A stretch of DNA of 64,000 bases from an uncultured Flavobacteriales bacterium (GCA_938023515.1 CALJDR010000085.1:46-64045); one strand, 5' to 3'. Counted from the first letter of the stretch, positions 28,407 to 38,663 are shown. Notes: generated from the sequence alone by a model not told the origin. Numbers and translations: made by a program.

Positions 28407-31400
28407 ATGAAGATGAAACGATATTTCAGAACCCTCCCCCTGCTGCTGGCCGTATTGGGAGCCGGCTGTATTAAAGACCCCAGAGTCTCCCCCGAAGGAA
28501 ATACGCCGGGACAGATCGGCATTTACCTCACCCGGCCGGAGCGGACGCAAGTCACCACGCGGGCCAATACCTCTGCCGACGAGACGATCGATCCCCAATC
28601 GGTATGCGTGCTGCTTTTCAGCGGCAACGACAATAATTCGGCACTGCTCGACTGGGGATTTGCCACTCCCGTCGCCTTGCAGTCCTACTACGGCATCAAA
28701 CTCGCGGAACGTTCCGAAGCCTGCTATGCCCATATCGTGGTCAATTTCCGAAGCGGGATCGAAACGGCATCGGCAAACTGGGCGAAAGGTTCGACCACCC
28801 TGGCCGATGTGCGCCAAAGTCTCATTACCGATCCTCTGCCGGCCACATCGGGCGTTATCTCCCGGATGCCTTCGGCGCATCCGATGACCGGCGGCCAGAG
28901 CCTGCCTTCCGGCATCACCGCCCAAACGACCATCGGGACCAGCGCCGCACCGGTCGTGCTGACCCCCGCCACGGTAAGACTCACCGTCAGCAATCAGGTA
29001 CCCACCGGAAGCCCCTACACGTTCGAACTACAGGGAGCTACGCTCTTCAATGCCCCCGACCGCGGATATGTCCTGCCGTCGGCCACCCTTTCGAACATTT
29101 CTTACCTGCCCTATGGCCCCGACGGCGACGTCTCGAAAATGATGGCCGCCACCGAAACCATCGAAGGCATCTCTACGACGCAGCCCCTCTACTGTTACGA
29201 GTCGGCGGCAGCCAACGCCACATCGGTCATCGTCAAGGCCCTGTACAACGGCTGCGAAGGCTATTACCGCCTCAACCTGTACACCGCGGATAAAAAAGCT
29301 CTGCGCGACCTCTTGCGCGGGTATCATTACAAGATCGTCGTCCGTATGGTGCAGACCGCCGGTTACCGTACGGCCGCAGAGGCGATGAACAATCCTGCCT
29401 CGAACGGCATTCTCTACGATATCGAGGCGGCAGACCCCGACTCTTACGACATCGTCACCAACGGGGCGCAGTACCTCGGGGTGTCGAACAGCGAATACTG
29501 GATGTACAACTCGAACTACATCAATCATTTCGAGGGGCTCTACAACGACAGCGAGGATATAGCCAAAGCCACGCCGTTCTCGGTCACGATCCTCATCTAC
29601 ACCGCCAACCGCACCTGGCAGCCGGGCGAAGTGACTGCCTCGGCAGGTATTCACCTCCAGGGGGACGACGGCGCCAAAGTTTCGAGCCTGAAACTGTCCA
29701 TTCCCACGACAGAGGGCATCCCGGTACGGCGCGAACTGAAAGCTTTCTTCGACAACGACTTCACGGAAGGCACGCTGGATATCCGCATCGGCGACCTGCG
29801 CAAGGTCATCAAAATCCGGCGTGAACACAGCGCCAGCATCCTGGGTGAAACGTTCCCGCTGGGCAAGGACGTCATCTACGCCTCGGCCAAACCCATAGAC
29901 AACGCTTTCTCCACCACCGATATTACCGCCTACGGCCTCGCCTATTCGGAAACGGGGAACTTCGAGCTGGGCGGCAAAGGAAACGCCCAGCTGGACCCCA
30001 CGAGGCAACTCTACCTCAAGGTGAACAACCGCTTCGACAAAGCATCGGCCGACTACTGCTACTCGACGATCTACCTGCACCGCAATACCGCCGAGGGCCG
30101 CGTCAAAGTAGACCTGGCCGCCGACCTGCGCGGGTACGACGGCTCGGGGGACTACACCCAAAGGCCCCTCGTCCGTGTGCAGGGCACTTTCCACCGCAGC
30201 GACCAGCGGGGCGAGCGCCTGATCCAGATCCCGCAAAATCCGTTCAAGTACGACAAACCCTACTACGGCCGCTGGATAGTCCGTGTGATCAAAGGGCAGG
30301 ACTTCATCCGCCTGGCCGAATGGGACGACAATCTCACGATGGAAAACGGCCGTTTCCCCGGGGATCCCGAACAGCGCACCATCGACGGGGATAAGACCGT
30401 CATCGCGGGAGATGACTTTGTCGTACGCTTCCGCATCGGCCTGACCTCGACCAACCAGGGCCAGCCCAACCGTTACGGGCTCATCCAGATCATCTACGTC
30501 GATAAACGGGTGGTGAACAATATCTACGACAAAATGAAGCTAAGCGACTTCATCTTCGTGCGGCAGGGGGAAAATCCGGACAATATCCTGGATCCCGGAA
30601 AAACCTACGCACTCACCGTCGACGGCACAAAAACGAGTTTCGCGGTGCCGGACGTGAAATTTTCGCCCTACTTGCTGGTCGACCCGACACTCAGCAAGAC
30701 CGGCACCGATGTTTCCGACCACCACGAGCTGACAGGGGACGAACACGCCGTATTCGCCCAATATCCCACTTGGTTCGGCTATCTGTTCCAATGGGGCGGT
30801 AAACGGGCCTTCAACCCGATGTCGTCGAGCGATGCCTCCTCCAGCGCCGGACTGACGAACTGGGATAAAAATTGGGCGCCGACAGACTACGTGGAACACT
30901 GTCCCGAGGGCTACATCACCCCGCCTGCCCAGATCGGCGGCCAGCCGTTCTTCCAGGGCCTCCGCTGCGACGGGGCCGAAAATATGGGCGGCAATGTCAC
31001 CGCCCCGGGGGTCTATATGGACGGTTACCTGGATCGCCGGATCGAGGTGATCATGTCTCCCGGGGCCAACGACAGTTACGAACTGTACAACCACGCCTAC
31101 GAGCGTACGCAATCGTCCTATTATAAGGTGAGCGGGTCGACCTCCAATCCTACGTCCTGTGCACTCGGCTATGTGATCTACAACCCGGAGACTATGGCCT
31201 CGATGTTTTTCCCAATGGAATACCCTCGTGATGCCGATGCCGGCGTCCCATTGAGTATGAGAATGGTGGATCCCTATATCATGTGCCAGACCCAGACCCC
31301 GGTGGACAGCGACCCGGCCAAGGCCTATGTAGAGACCTTGTCGGGATATGGGGCCGGGCCGTATATAATACCGTACGGTAAAGCCATGGCGACCCAGATT

Positions 31401-31430
31401 CGCTGCATCAAAGACCCAAACAAACCTTAA
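28407..31430 (+). CDS. Large Mfa/fimbrillin-like lipoprotein with a degenerate C-terminal FISUMP-type domain
   Basis: 1007 aa with a lipoprotein signal (LLAVLGAGCIKD) and an N-terminal fimbrillin-like domain (VCVLLFSG...). The C-terminus is FFPMEYPRD...QIRCIKD. It starts 5 nt after the preceding gene. Confidence 0.7.
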   Translation: MKMKRYFRTLPLLLAVLGAGCIKDPRVSPEGNTPGQIGIYLTRPERTQVTTRANTSADETIDPQSVCVLLFSGNDNNSALLDWGFATPVALQSYYGIKLAERSEACYAHIVVNFRSGIETASANWAKGSTTLADVRQSLITDPLPATSGVISRMPSAHPMTGGQSLPSGITAQTTIGTSAAPVVLTPATVRLTVSNQVPTGSPYTFELQGATLFNAPDRGYVLPSATLSNISYLPYGPDGDVSKMMAATETIEGISTTQPLYCYESAAANATSVIVKALYNGCEGYYRLNLYTADKKALRDLLRGYHYKIVVRMVQTAGYRTAAEAMNNPASNGILYDIEAADPDSYDIVTNGAQYLGVSNSEYWMYNSNYINHFEGLYNDSEDIAKATPFSVTILIYTANRTWQPGEVTASAGIHLQGDDGAKVSSLKLSIPTTEGIPVRRELKAFFDNDFTEGTLDIRIGDLRKVIKIRREHSASILGETFPLGKDVIYASAKPIDNAFSTTDITAYGLAYSETGNFELGGKGNAQLDPTRQLYLKVNNRFDKASADYCYSTIYLHRNTAEGRVKVDLAADLRGYDGSGDYTQRPLVRVQGTFHRSDQRGERLIQIPQNPFKYDKPYYGRWIVRVIKGQDFIRLAEWDDNLTMENGRFPGDPEQRTIDGDKTVIAGDDFVVRFRIGLTSTNQGQPNRYGLIQIIYVDKRVVNNIYDKMKLSDFIFVRQGENPDNILDPGKTYALTVDGTKTSFAVPDVKFSPYLLVDPTLSKTGTDVSDHHELTGDEHAVFAQYPTWFGYLFQWGGKRAFNPMSSSDASSSAGLTNWDKNWAPTDYVEHCPEGYITPPAQIGGQPFFQGLRCDGAENMGGNVTAPGVYMDGYLDRRIEVIMSPGANDSYELYNHAYERTQSSYYKVSGSTSNPTSCALGYVIYNPETMASMFFPMEYPRDADAGVPLSMRMVDPYIMCQTQTPVDSDPAKAYVETLSGYGAGPYIIPYGKAMATQIRCIKDPNKP

Positions 31431-31452
31431 TAGCATCCTAATTTTGCAAACG

Positions 31453-31482
31453 AAAAAAGCAAGCGGAATCGCTTGCTTTTTT
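31453..31482. terminator. Terminator after the second giant lipoprotein gene
   Basis: Stem aagcaagcg/cgcttgctt with a gaat loop, flanked by an A-run and a T-run. Confidence 0.75.
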
Positions 31483-31534
31483 CATTTCGCAGGCAGGCCA
31501 AAGCGGTCCGCCTTTTTTTATACGGGAAGTATCC

Positions 31535-31813
31535 TTATTCCTTGACTACGGGGTCTTTCAGTTTAGCGGCCGCATAGTGGTTGAAAAAGTCCGCCTGGGA
31601 GTCGAATTCCAGAACTTTCTGGTTGTCGTCCAGCGCGTTCTTGATTGCCTCGCGGGAATGGAAACTGGAGTATTCGGAAAAAGCGAACCCGCGGAGGATG
31701 GGCTTGAATCCGTAAATATTGCGCAGGTGCTGCAGCACGTACACCACCCCGTCCACATCGTACGCGTAGATCTTGTTTGGCTCGATAGCCTTGGGTTGTT
31801 TTAATTCGGTCAT
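31535..31813 (-). CDS. Small hypothetical protein
   Basis: 92 aa stand-alone ORF with no competing longer frame. No motif was recognised. Confidence 0.45.
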   Translation of the reverse strand: MTELKQPKAIEPNKIYAYDVDGVVYVLQHLRNIYGFKPILRGFAFSEYSSFHSREAIKNALDDNQKVLEFDSQADFFNHYAAAKLKDPVVKE

Positions 31814-32013
31814 TTTTTCGGTATCTATTTTTTGTTAAACTTTCACTCTCTCGAATAAAGAGCTAAATTACATCTTTCTCCCCTGAAAAACAAATCCGGC
31901 CCCATCTTTATTTCCGGCCGGAAAACAGCGCCTGTCCTTCCCCTGGGCACCCGGCACACAAATATTTTGCCGATAAATCCCCCCGATTTATTGCCTGCAA
32001 CATTTTTTTTGCA

Positions 32014-32021
32014 TACATTTG
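32014..32021 (+). promoter_or_regulatory. Bacteroidota -7 promoter box upstream of rpsF
   Basis: TACATTTG lies 62 nt upstream of ATG 32084, with a TTG about 20 nt further upstream. Confidence 0.5.
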
Positions 32022-32083
32022 CAACCGCTTTGGCTTTTAAAGCCTAAGCCTCATGAATTCATTCATTTAAAAACATTTTTCAA

Positions 32084-32434
32084 ATGTCAAACCATTACGA
32101 AACTGTTTTCATTTTAAATCCCGTTTTATCTGAGGAGCAGATAAAGGAAGCAGTTAAAAAGTTCGAGGACATTATCGTCGCAAACCAGGGCGAGATTGTC
32201 AGCTACGAAAACTGGGGGCTCAAAAAATTCGCTTACCCCATCGCCAACAAGAAGAGCGGATTCTACCATCTTTTCGAATTCTCGGCACCGACCAACGTGG
32301 TGGGTACCCTCGAGACCGAGTTCCGTCGTGACGAGCGCGTGATGCGTTTCCTCACCGTAGCTCTGGACAAATACGGTGTGGCTTACGCCCAGCAGCGCCG
32401 CGAAAAGATCAAACAGAAGTATAACAACGCTTAA
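32084..32434 (+). CDS. rpsF: 30S ribosomal protein S6
   Basis: 116 aa with the N-terminus [19 protein letters not shown] and rpsF-rpsR-rplI synteny. Confidence 0.95.
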   Translation: MSNHYETVFILNPVLSEEQIKEAVKKFEDIIVANQGEIVSYENWGLKKFAYPIANKKSGFYHLFEFSAPTNVVGTLETEFRRDERVMRFLTVALDKYGVAYAQQRREKIKQKYNNA

Positions 32435-32451
32435 TCCCCGGAGGTACTAAA

Positions 32452-32769
32452 ATGGAAAACGAAAACATAGAAAACCAGAACGCCGAAGCTCAGGCACAGG
32501 ACAAGGGTACATCCGAGGTACGTTACCTCACCCCGGTATCCATCGAATCGGGCAGACAGAAGAAATACTGCCGTTTCAAACGCCTTGGCATAAAATACAT
32601 CGATTATAAGGACGCCGACTTCCTGCTCAAGTTCGTCAACGAACAGGGCAAGATACTTCCGCGCCGCCTGACGGGTACTTCGCAGAAGTTCCAGAAGAAA
32701 ATAGCAGCCGCTGTCAAGAGGGCACGCCACCTTGCTCTGCTGCCGTACGTAGCCGATATGTTGAAATAA
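32452..32769 (+). CDS. rpsR: 30S ribosomal protein S18
   Basis: 105 aa with the core [15 protein letters not shown]...ILPRRLTG...[19 protein letters not shown]. The N-terminal 25 aa form a low-complexity extension. Confidence 0.95.
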   Translation: MENENIENQNAEAQAQDKGTSEVRYLTPVSIESGRQKKYCRFKRLGIKYIDYKDADFLLKFVNEQGKILPRRLTGTSQKFQKKIAAAVKRARHLALLPYVADMLK

Positions 32770-32788
32770 TATAGGAGGGACAGACAAA

Positions 32789-33241
32789 ATGGAAATCATA
32801 CTTATAAAAGACGTAGAAAATCTGGGTTTCAAAGACGACGTGGTTACCGTTAAGAACGGTTACGGTCGCAACTACCTTATCCCTCAGGGAATGGCCGTTA
32901 TCGCCACTCCTTCGGCCAAGAAGCAGCTCGAAGAGACCCTTCGCCAGCGCGCTCACAAAGAAGCCAAAGTGATCGCCGAGGCCAACGCCCTGGCAGAATC
33001 CCTCAAGAAAGCAGAACTCCACCTGGCTGCCAAAGCCGGTAAGACCGGTAAGCTGTTCGGTTCCGTGACCACGGCCGACCTGGCGGAAGAGCTTTCCAAG
33101 ATGGGACACCTGATCGACAAGAAATACATCCAGATCGCCGGCGGTTCCGTAAAAGCTGTGGGCAAATACACGGCTAAGATCCGTCTGCACCGCGACGTAG
33201 TGGCCAACCTGGAATTCGAGGTCGCAGCTATCGCCGAATAA
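32789..33241 (+). CDS. rplI: 50S ribosomal protein L9
   Basis: 150 aa with the N-terminus MEIILIKDVENLGFKDDVVTVKNGYGRNYLIPQG. Confidence 0.95.
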   Translation: MEIILIKDVENLGFKDDVVTVKNGYGRNYLIPQGMAVIATPSAKKQLEETLRQRAHKEAKVIAEANALAESLKKAELHLAAKAGKTGKLFGSVTTADLAEELSKMGHLIDKKYIQIAGGSVKAVGKYTAKIRLHRDVVANLEFEVAAIAE

Positions 33242-33261
33242 TTCCCGCGAAAACCATATTC

Positions 33262-33296
33262 AAAAAACCGCCCGTGGAAACGGGCGGTTTTATTTT
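33262..33296 (+). terminator. Rho-independent terminator after rplI
   Basis: Stem aaccgcccg/cgggcggtt followed by ttattttg. Confidence 0.8.
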
Positions 33297-33491
33297 GGCC
33301 GTATCGTCAAAAAAAGCCGTGTTTTTCTACTAAAATTATAGTCCATGCGGTATTCATGCCGATTTCCTCCGGATTTTGCACGCCGAGAGCTACTAAAGAG
33401 TCGTTAAAATGACCAAAAAACACCACCCTGACATGCCTTAGGGCCCTTTCTTATTTTTTCACCCAAGAGTATCAATTGGAATAAATTACCA

Positions 33492-33499
33492 TACATTTG
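33492..33499 (+). promoter_or_regulatory. Bacteroidota -7 promoter box upstream of the LruC-domain gene
   Basis: TACATTTG lies about 100 nt upstream of ATG 33600. Confidence 0.4.
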
Positions 33500-33599
33500 C
33501 GCCAGAATATGTAGGAGTAGACTCACTCCCTGAAAAGGAAAGATGTGCTCTTTTTTACATCTTCATGAAGATGAATATTATTTAATTCCTGTTTCTTCG

Positions 33600-35726
33600 A
33601 TGAGACTAAAAATCAACGCATTATCCTTGATCTTGGCAAGCGGCCTGCTATTGGGCCTGGCCGGGTGTGCAAAAGACGAACACGGCGGTGGAAATTCCGG
33701 TGAAGGCGGAGGTGAAAACCTGCCCGTTTTCAATTTCTCGACCAAAGCCACATACACGCTGAACCTCCAATACCAGGTGCCATCCGGTTACCGGGTGTAT
33801 TTCGAAGTATATGCCGAAAATCCTTTTTCGGCCGATCAGGTAAAGAAAACCGATCTGGAGCCGATCGACAAAGGCTATACGGATGACAAAGGCAAATACA
33901 GCAGTACCATCATCGTACCGGCTGCCGTAGAAACCCTGTATATCTACACCCCGAATGCCGGTGTACCCTCTCTGCTGACAGCTACCGCAAAAGACGGCAT
34001 CCTTTCGGAAGCGACCGTACCGACGGCTTCTGCCAACGGAGCCAAAAGCGCCAACGGATTCGATTTCGTTTCGCCCAATACGGTAACCTCCTGCAATAAG
34101 GTCGATTTTCCGGGCATCCAGACCATCCTGCTCGGCTCGTGGACGCACTCGGACAATCTGGTCAGCGTGCCCGGCGTGGATCAGTCCGTCCTTTGGGGCG
34201 GCAATGCCCGGCTGTGGGGACGCCCCGACTACCTGTCGTTCGTCAACCAGCAATCGTTCCCGGATGCGTCCAAAGGCAAGGCGCTGGATATCGATGCTGC
34301 CATATGGAATACGATCAACACGGTCCTTCCCGGCGAAGGCCACGGTGAGGTCAACCCGGATGTCCTGCAAAACGGCGATATTCGTGTGACACAGGATGCC
34401 GAAGTAGACCTCTATCTGCTCGACGAACAATGCCTCAACCTCAATGTGCTGGCTTATTACTGCTATCCTACCGGTCAGGCCCCTACCTCCCCGGCCGATA
34501 TCAAAGCACAAGTCATCGCCCTTCCCGACGCAAAGATGATCCGGTATCATTTTACCCCGTACCTGGGTACGGGAGTGACCAATTACGGCGCCATGCTGCC
34601 GGGCGAGGGTATCCGGCTTCATTACATCGATGAGAACGGTGTGAATCAGGGTACGAAATTCCCGGCAGGCACATCCATCGGATGGGTGCTCTACTCCAAC
34701 GGGTATAAAATGAAATACGAAACCAACTCGGTCGTCGGCGTTTATGAAACCGGTGTGCCCCAGAAAGGCGATGGAGCGGTCTATTCCGACCCGAAGCTGA
34801 TGGGCGGCCTGCCCCACGTAGCCGTATTCCGCCACGGAGATTTCGTGATCACTTCTTTTGAGGACGGTGTAAAGACAAGCGCTTCGGACATGCGCGACTA
34901 CAAAGACGTCATTTTCCACGTAGCCTCCACCCCGGCCGGAGCCATTACTCCGGGGATTCCGGATAAGGATCCCAATGCCCCGGACGACAAAACCGTTGTA
35001 TTCGAATCGAAATACCGGGGAATCCTGTCCTTCGAGGACAACTGGCCTTACCGGGGCGACTTCGACATGAACGACGTAGTGATAAAATACGTTTCGACCG
35101 TCGGGTACAATATCAAGAACGAAGTGCTGGAAACGACCGATGTATTTACCGTAATGTGGTCCGGCGCTACTTATAATAATAGCTTCGCCTACCAGAACGC
35201 CAATCTGAGCAGCGTCGGGGCTACCGTCACATTCGAAGGCGGGGACGGTACGACCACCTACGATGCCCAGCAGCAGGTCGTCCGCCTGGCCTCCAATGTA
35301 CTGGATTATGCTAACCTTCCCGATAAGAAAGTATTCACCGTGAAAACGAAATACACCAACCCGATAAACCGGCAGAATTTCGTCTGGGCACCGTATAATC
35401 CTTTTATCGCCATAAAAGGCGACAAAACAAAAGAGGCGCACTTGGTCAACCATACCCCGACGTCCTATGCCAATATGTCGCTTTTCGGCTTCGGGCACGA
35501 CAAATCCCAGCCGGACAAGGGCCTGTATTACATCACCTACGACGACAACGGCAACCAAATGCCTTTTGCGATCGACCTCCGGTTCGAAAGCCAGAAGCAA
35601 ATGGATACCTACGTGATCCCGGCAGAAAACAAGCCGATCCATGTACACTATCCGGACTTCCTGAAATGGATTAAGAGCCAGGGCAGGGATTACAAAAACT
35701 GGTACCTACGCCCGCAAGGTAAATAA
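33600..35726 (+). CDS. LruC-domain-containing surface lipoprotein
   Basis: 708 aa from ATG 33600 (MRLKINALSLILASGLLLGLAGCAKD, lipobox). It carries the LruC-domain signature FEDNWPYRGDFDMNDVVIKY. The ORF-track start at 33543 is unlikely. Confidence 0.8.
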   Translation: MRLKINALSLILASGLLLGLAGCAKDEHGGGNSGEGGGENLPVFNFSTKATYTLNLQYQVPSGYRVYFEVYAENPFSADQVKKTDLEPIDKGYTDDKGKYSSTIIVPAAVETLYIYTPNAGVPSLLTATAKDGILSEATVPTASANGAKSANGFDFVSPNTVTSCNKVDFPGIQTILLGSWTHSDNLVSVPGVDQSVLWGGNARLWGRPDYLSFVNQQSFPDASKGKALDIDAAIWNTINTVLPGEGHGEVNPDVLQNGDIRVTQDAEVDLYLLDEQCLNLNVLAYYCYPTGQAPTSPADIKAQVIALPDAKMIRYHFTPYLGTGVTNYGAMLPGEGIRLHYIDENGVNQGTKFPAGTSIGWVLYSNGYKMKYETNSVVGVYETGVPQKGDGAVYSDPKLMGGLPHVAVFRHGDFVITSFEDGVKTSASDMRDYKDVIFHVASTPAGAITPGIPDKDPNAPDDKTVVFESKYRGILSFEDNWPYRGDFDMNDVVIKYVSTVGYNIKNEVLETTDVFTVMWSGATYNNSFAYQNANLSSVGATVTFEGGDGTTTYDAQQQVVRLASNVLDYANLPDKKVFTVKTKYTNPINRQNFVWAPYNPFIAIKGDKTKEAHLVNHTPTSYANMSLFGFGHDKSQPDKGLYYITYDDNGNQMPFAIDLRFESQKQMDTYVIPAENKPIHVHYPDFLKWIKSQGRDYKNWYLRPQGK

Positions 35727-35754
35727 GACGCTTTCGGTTCGCCGGAAACAAATA

Positions 35755-35786
35755 AAAGCCGCTCCCACCCTGAGAGCGGCTTTTTC
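35755..35786 (+). terminator. Terminator after the LruC-domain gene
   Basis: Stem agccgctc/gagcggct followed by ttttt. Confidence 0.7.
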
Positions 35787-35843
35787 GGCAAAAAACCGCC
35801 CTATCCGATCATGCTCTCGGGGTAAATTCGTATCTTTGGATTT

Positions 35844-36881
35844 ATGATGCACACAAAGGACTATCAGGAAATCTCTGCGCTGCTTTCCGGCGGAAAAAAG
35901 AAAATCGTTATCGTTACCCATAAAAATCCCGACGGGGATGCCGTAGGGTCTTCCCTGGGGCTTTGCCATATCCTGGGAAATGCCGGACACACCTGCCGGG
36001 TGATCACTCCCAACGACTACCCCGGATTCCTGAAATGGCTGCCCGGCGATAAATCCGTCTGGCGGCACGAATGGACCCGGAGCAAAAGCGCCAAGGCCGT
36101 CGCCGAAGCAGACATCATTTTCTGCCTTGATTTCAACGACATATCCCGCATTGAGGCCCTGGGCGACGAAGTTTCCAAAAGCCCGGCCATCGTCATCCTG
36201 ATAGACCACCATATCGACCCCATCGTCCGGGCCAATTATACGTATTCGGACACCAGCATGATAGCCACCTCTGAAATGGTGTACCATTTCACCGAAAACG
36301 TCGGGCTGTTGCCTTATTTAGATAAAGACGCCGCTGTATGCCTCTACACGGGTATCCTGACGGATTCCGGCCAGTTCGCCTTCCCTAAGACATCGGCCGA
36401 CACGCACCGGGTGGTCGCCGCCCTGCTGGACAAAGGCGTGGATAACTACGACGTTTACCGCCATATCTACCTGAGTTTCGCTCCTTCCCGCCTTATCCTG
36501 CTGGGCAATGCCCTGTCTAATCTGCATTTCTACACCGATTGCGGGGCGGTATGCATGACCCTTACCCAAGACGAACTGGACAAGGCCGGCTTCCGCAAGG
36601 GGGATACCGAAGGATTCGTCAACTACGGACTCTCAGTCAAGGGGATCAACGTGTCGTGTATATTCGTAGAAAATCGGGGTGAAGGCATTATCAAGGTTTC
36701 CCTGCGTTCCAAAGGCAATTTCTCGGTTAACGAAATGGCCCGCAAGTACTTTTTCGGAGCCGGCCATGTAAACGCGGCCGGAGGGCAGCTGCCCTATACC
36801 GACGTAAACCAGGCAGTCAAGGTTTTCGAGGAGGCAATCGGGCATTATCGGGAAGATATTCTCAAATCCAGCACAGAATAA
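35844..36881 (+). CDS. nrnA: DHH/DHHA1-family phosphoesterase (NrnA-like oligoribonuclease / pAp phosphatase)
   Basis: 345 aa with motifs HKNPDGDAVGS, LIDHH and GAGHVNAAGG. A TATCTTTG box at 35831-35838 almost abuts the ATG, so the leader may be very short. Confidence 0.8.
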   Translation: MMHTKDYQEISALLSGGKKKIVIVTHKNPDGDAVGSSLGLCHILGNAGHTCRVITPNDYPGFLKWLPGDKSVWRHEWTRSKSAKAVAEADIIFCLDFNDISRIEALGDEVSKSPAIVILIDHHIDPIVRANYTYSDTSMIATSEMVYHFTENVGLLPYLDKDAAVCLYTGILTDSGQFAFPKTSADTHRVVAALLDKGVDNYDVYRHIYLSFAPSRLILLGNALSNLHFYTDCGAVCMTLTQDELDKAGFRKGDTEGFVNYGLSVKGINVSCIFVENRGEGIIKVSLRSKGNFSVNEMARKYFFGAGHVNAAGGQLPYTDVNQAVKVFEEAIGHYREDILKSSTE

Positions 36882-36893
36882 ATACCCCACAAT

Positions 36894-36925
36894 AAAAAAC
36901 ATCCGGCAAATGCCGGATGTTTTTT
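36894..36925. terminator. Bidirectional terminator between nrnA-like and the convergent guanylyltransferase gene
   Basis: 15-bp stem aaaaaacatccggca/tgccggatgtttttt. Confidence 0.8.
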
Positions 36926-36943
36926 ATCACTAAAAGTTGCTGT

Positions 36944-38032
36944 TTATATATTCAGTTTGGCACCGCCGGCTTTTACGTCCGTGATCATCTGCTTGATCGA
37001 CTGCTCGTCGTCCTTCGGACAGATCACCACCACTCCGTCTACCGAGGCCACGATAAAATCTTTCAGGCCTTTGACCAGCATCATGCCGTCCGAGCAAAGG
37101 ATATTTCCCGAAGAATCGTAGGTATGGATATTTCCCTGCACCACGGCGTTCTCGTTTTCATCCCGCGACAATTTGTCGTACAGCGAACGCCACGTTCCCA
37201 GGTCGCTCCACCCGAAAGTCGCCGGCAGGACATAGACATTGGATGCTTTTTCCATCACCCCGAAGTCGATCGACTCCTTCTGGCAGGCCGCATAGATCTC
37301 GCTGAGCCGTACAGGTTCCAATTCGGTATAGTATGCATCGTTCATATCGTTGAAGGCGATGTGCATTTCCGGCAGGAACTGTTCGAACGCGCGGACGATC
37401 GCCGAAACCGGCCACACGAAAATACCGGAGTTCCACAGAAAATCCCCGCTCTCCAAAAAAGCCTTGGCTATCTCGAGGTTCGGCTTTTCGGTGAAAGTCT
37501 TCACCCGGAATATTCCGTCCGGGGAAGCCGTATCCTCGTCGGCCACGTACTGGATGTAACCGTATCCCGTATCGGGGCGCGTCGGGCGGATACCCATCGT
37601 ATACAGCCTGTCGTTCGCCGCGGATTTTTCCAGCAGCATCTGTACGTCGTGCGAAAAAGCTTTATCGTTAGTGATGTAATGATCCGAAGGGGCCACCACC
37701 ATTTGTGCGTCCGGATTGCGGCTGCGTATCTTGTACGAAGCATAGGCGATGCAAGGGGCCGTATTGCGCATCAGCGGCTCGCAAAGCACCTGGTCTTCGG
37801 ACATGCCTGGCAATTGTTCCAGCACCGTATCGTGGTATATCACGTTGGTCACCACGTAAATGTTTTCCGCCGGCACGATCTCGGCCAGGCGACGGTACGT
37901 TTGCTGGATCAGGGTCTCCCCCACAGCCAGTATATCGAGGAACTGTTTGGGCCGCGTGCGCGTACTCATCGGATAGAAACGGCTTCCGACCCCACCGGCC
38001 ATAATGACCGCATAGTAGTTCTTATTCATCAT
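36944..38032 (-). CDS. Mannose-1-phosphate guanylyltransferase (nucleotidyltransferase domain only)
   Basis: 362 aa with the N-terminus AVIMAGGVGSRFYPMSTRTRPKQFL, typical of ManC/GMP-type sugar-1-P nucleotidyltransferases. Confidence 0.8.
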   Translation of the reverse strand: MMNKNYYAVIMAGGVGSRFYPMSTRTRPKQFLDILAVGETLIQQTYRRLAEIVPAENIYVVTNVIYHDTVLEQLPGMSEDQVLCEPLMRNTAPCIAYASYKIRSRNPDAQMVVAPSDHYITNDKAFSHDVQMLLEKSAANDRLYTMGIRPTRPDTGYGYIQYVADEDTASPDGIFRVKTFTEKPNLEIAKAFLESGDFLWNSGIFVWPVSAIVRAFEQFLPEMHIAFNDMNDAYYTELEPVRLSEIYAACQKESIDFGVMEKASNVYVLPATFGWSDLGTWRSLYDKLSRDENENAVVQGNIHTYDSSGNILCSDGMMLVKGLKDFIVASVDGVVVICPKDDEQSIKQMITDVKAGGAKLNI

Positions 38033-38663
38033 CGTTTTTTATTTTCACTCTTACATGGGGCTGGAACAGGTATTGCCGCCCCGAAGAAACATCGGTGCAA
38101 AGATACAGTCTTCTGCGCTTTTCTCCCAACACGAACTCGCGCTTTTCCCGGAACAGGAAACGGACACCAGGGGCCAGTTCACAGATCATCGGATCCGAAG
38201 CGCTTTCGCCGTCCCCCTCGCCCGGAGCATCGTATTTTTTCAGTGCCAGAGCCAATGCCGTATGCCGGTCGGAAGACGCTTTCGGGTCTTTCAGGTAATC
38301 GGCCAGAGGCACCAGGATATCATGGGGATAGATCGTTCGCAGGTCGAGCATGAGCATCAGGGAACGGAACTCGTCTTTCCATTGCTTCCCGTGCGGCTGT
38401 ACGCGCGCGCCGTGTTTTTTCAGTACGACCAAATGCGCCAATTCGTGTACGAAAGTCAGCAGGAATGCGTACGGGTTGAGCGACCCGTTGACCGTGATCC
38501 GGTTCATCCCCCGGACAGGCGCCAGGGTGAAATCGCCGTGCTTGGTCGTGCGGCGGCGCGTCACGGAAAGGAAAACACCGTGCCGCGGGATCCAGTCCGC
38601 TACCGCCTGTACGGCCGGAGCGGGGAAATACTTGCGAAGGATGGTTAACTGCTGCTCTGTCAT
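38022..38663 (-). CDS. SprT-like zinc metallopeptidase-domain protein
   Basis: 213 aa from ATG 38663 (MTEQQLTIL...) with the HExxH motif in FVHELAHLVV. It is the last gene of the bio transcription unit, 30 nt after bioC, and overlaps the next gene start by 11 nt. Confidence 0.6.
   Translation of the reverse strand: MTEQQLTILRKYFPAPAVQAVADWIPRHGVFLSVTRRRTTKHGDFTLAPVRGMNRITVNGSLNPYAFLLTFVHELAHLVVLKKHGARVQPHGKQWKDEFRSLMLMLDLRTIYPHDILVPLADYLKDPKASSDRHTALALALKKYDAPGEGDGESASDPMICELAPGVRFLFREKREFVLGEKRRRLYLCTDVSSGRQYLFQPHVRVKIKNDDE

Noticed and set aside
26032-30236. Minus-strand ORFs of 331 and 402 aa (26032-27027, 29028-30236) opposite the giant lipoprotein genes
   Set aside because: These are shadow ORFs with Gly/Val/Arg/Asp-rich low-complexity translation. 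The plus-strand frames have signal peptides and conserved C-terminal domains.
33648-35648. 666-aa minus-strand ORF opposite the LruC-domain gene
   Set aside because: It is a shadow ORF. The plus-strand frame has a lipoprotein signal and the LruC signature, while the antisense frame has no motif and an Arg/Gly/Val-biased composition.
36917-38353. 478-aa plus-strand ORF opposite the guanylyltransferase and SprT-like genes
   Set aside because: It is a shadow ORF rich in His/Arg. The minus-strand genes carry the GGxGxR nucleotidyltransferase and HExxH motifs.
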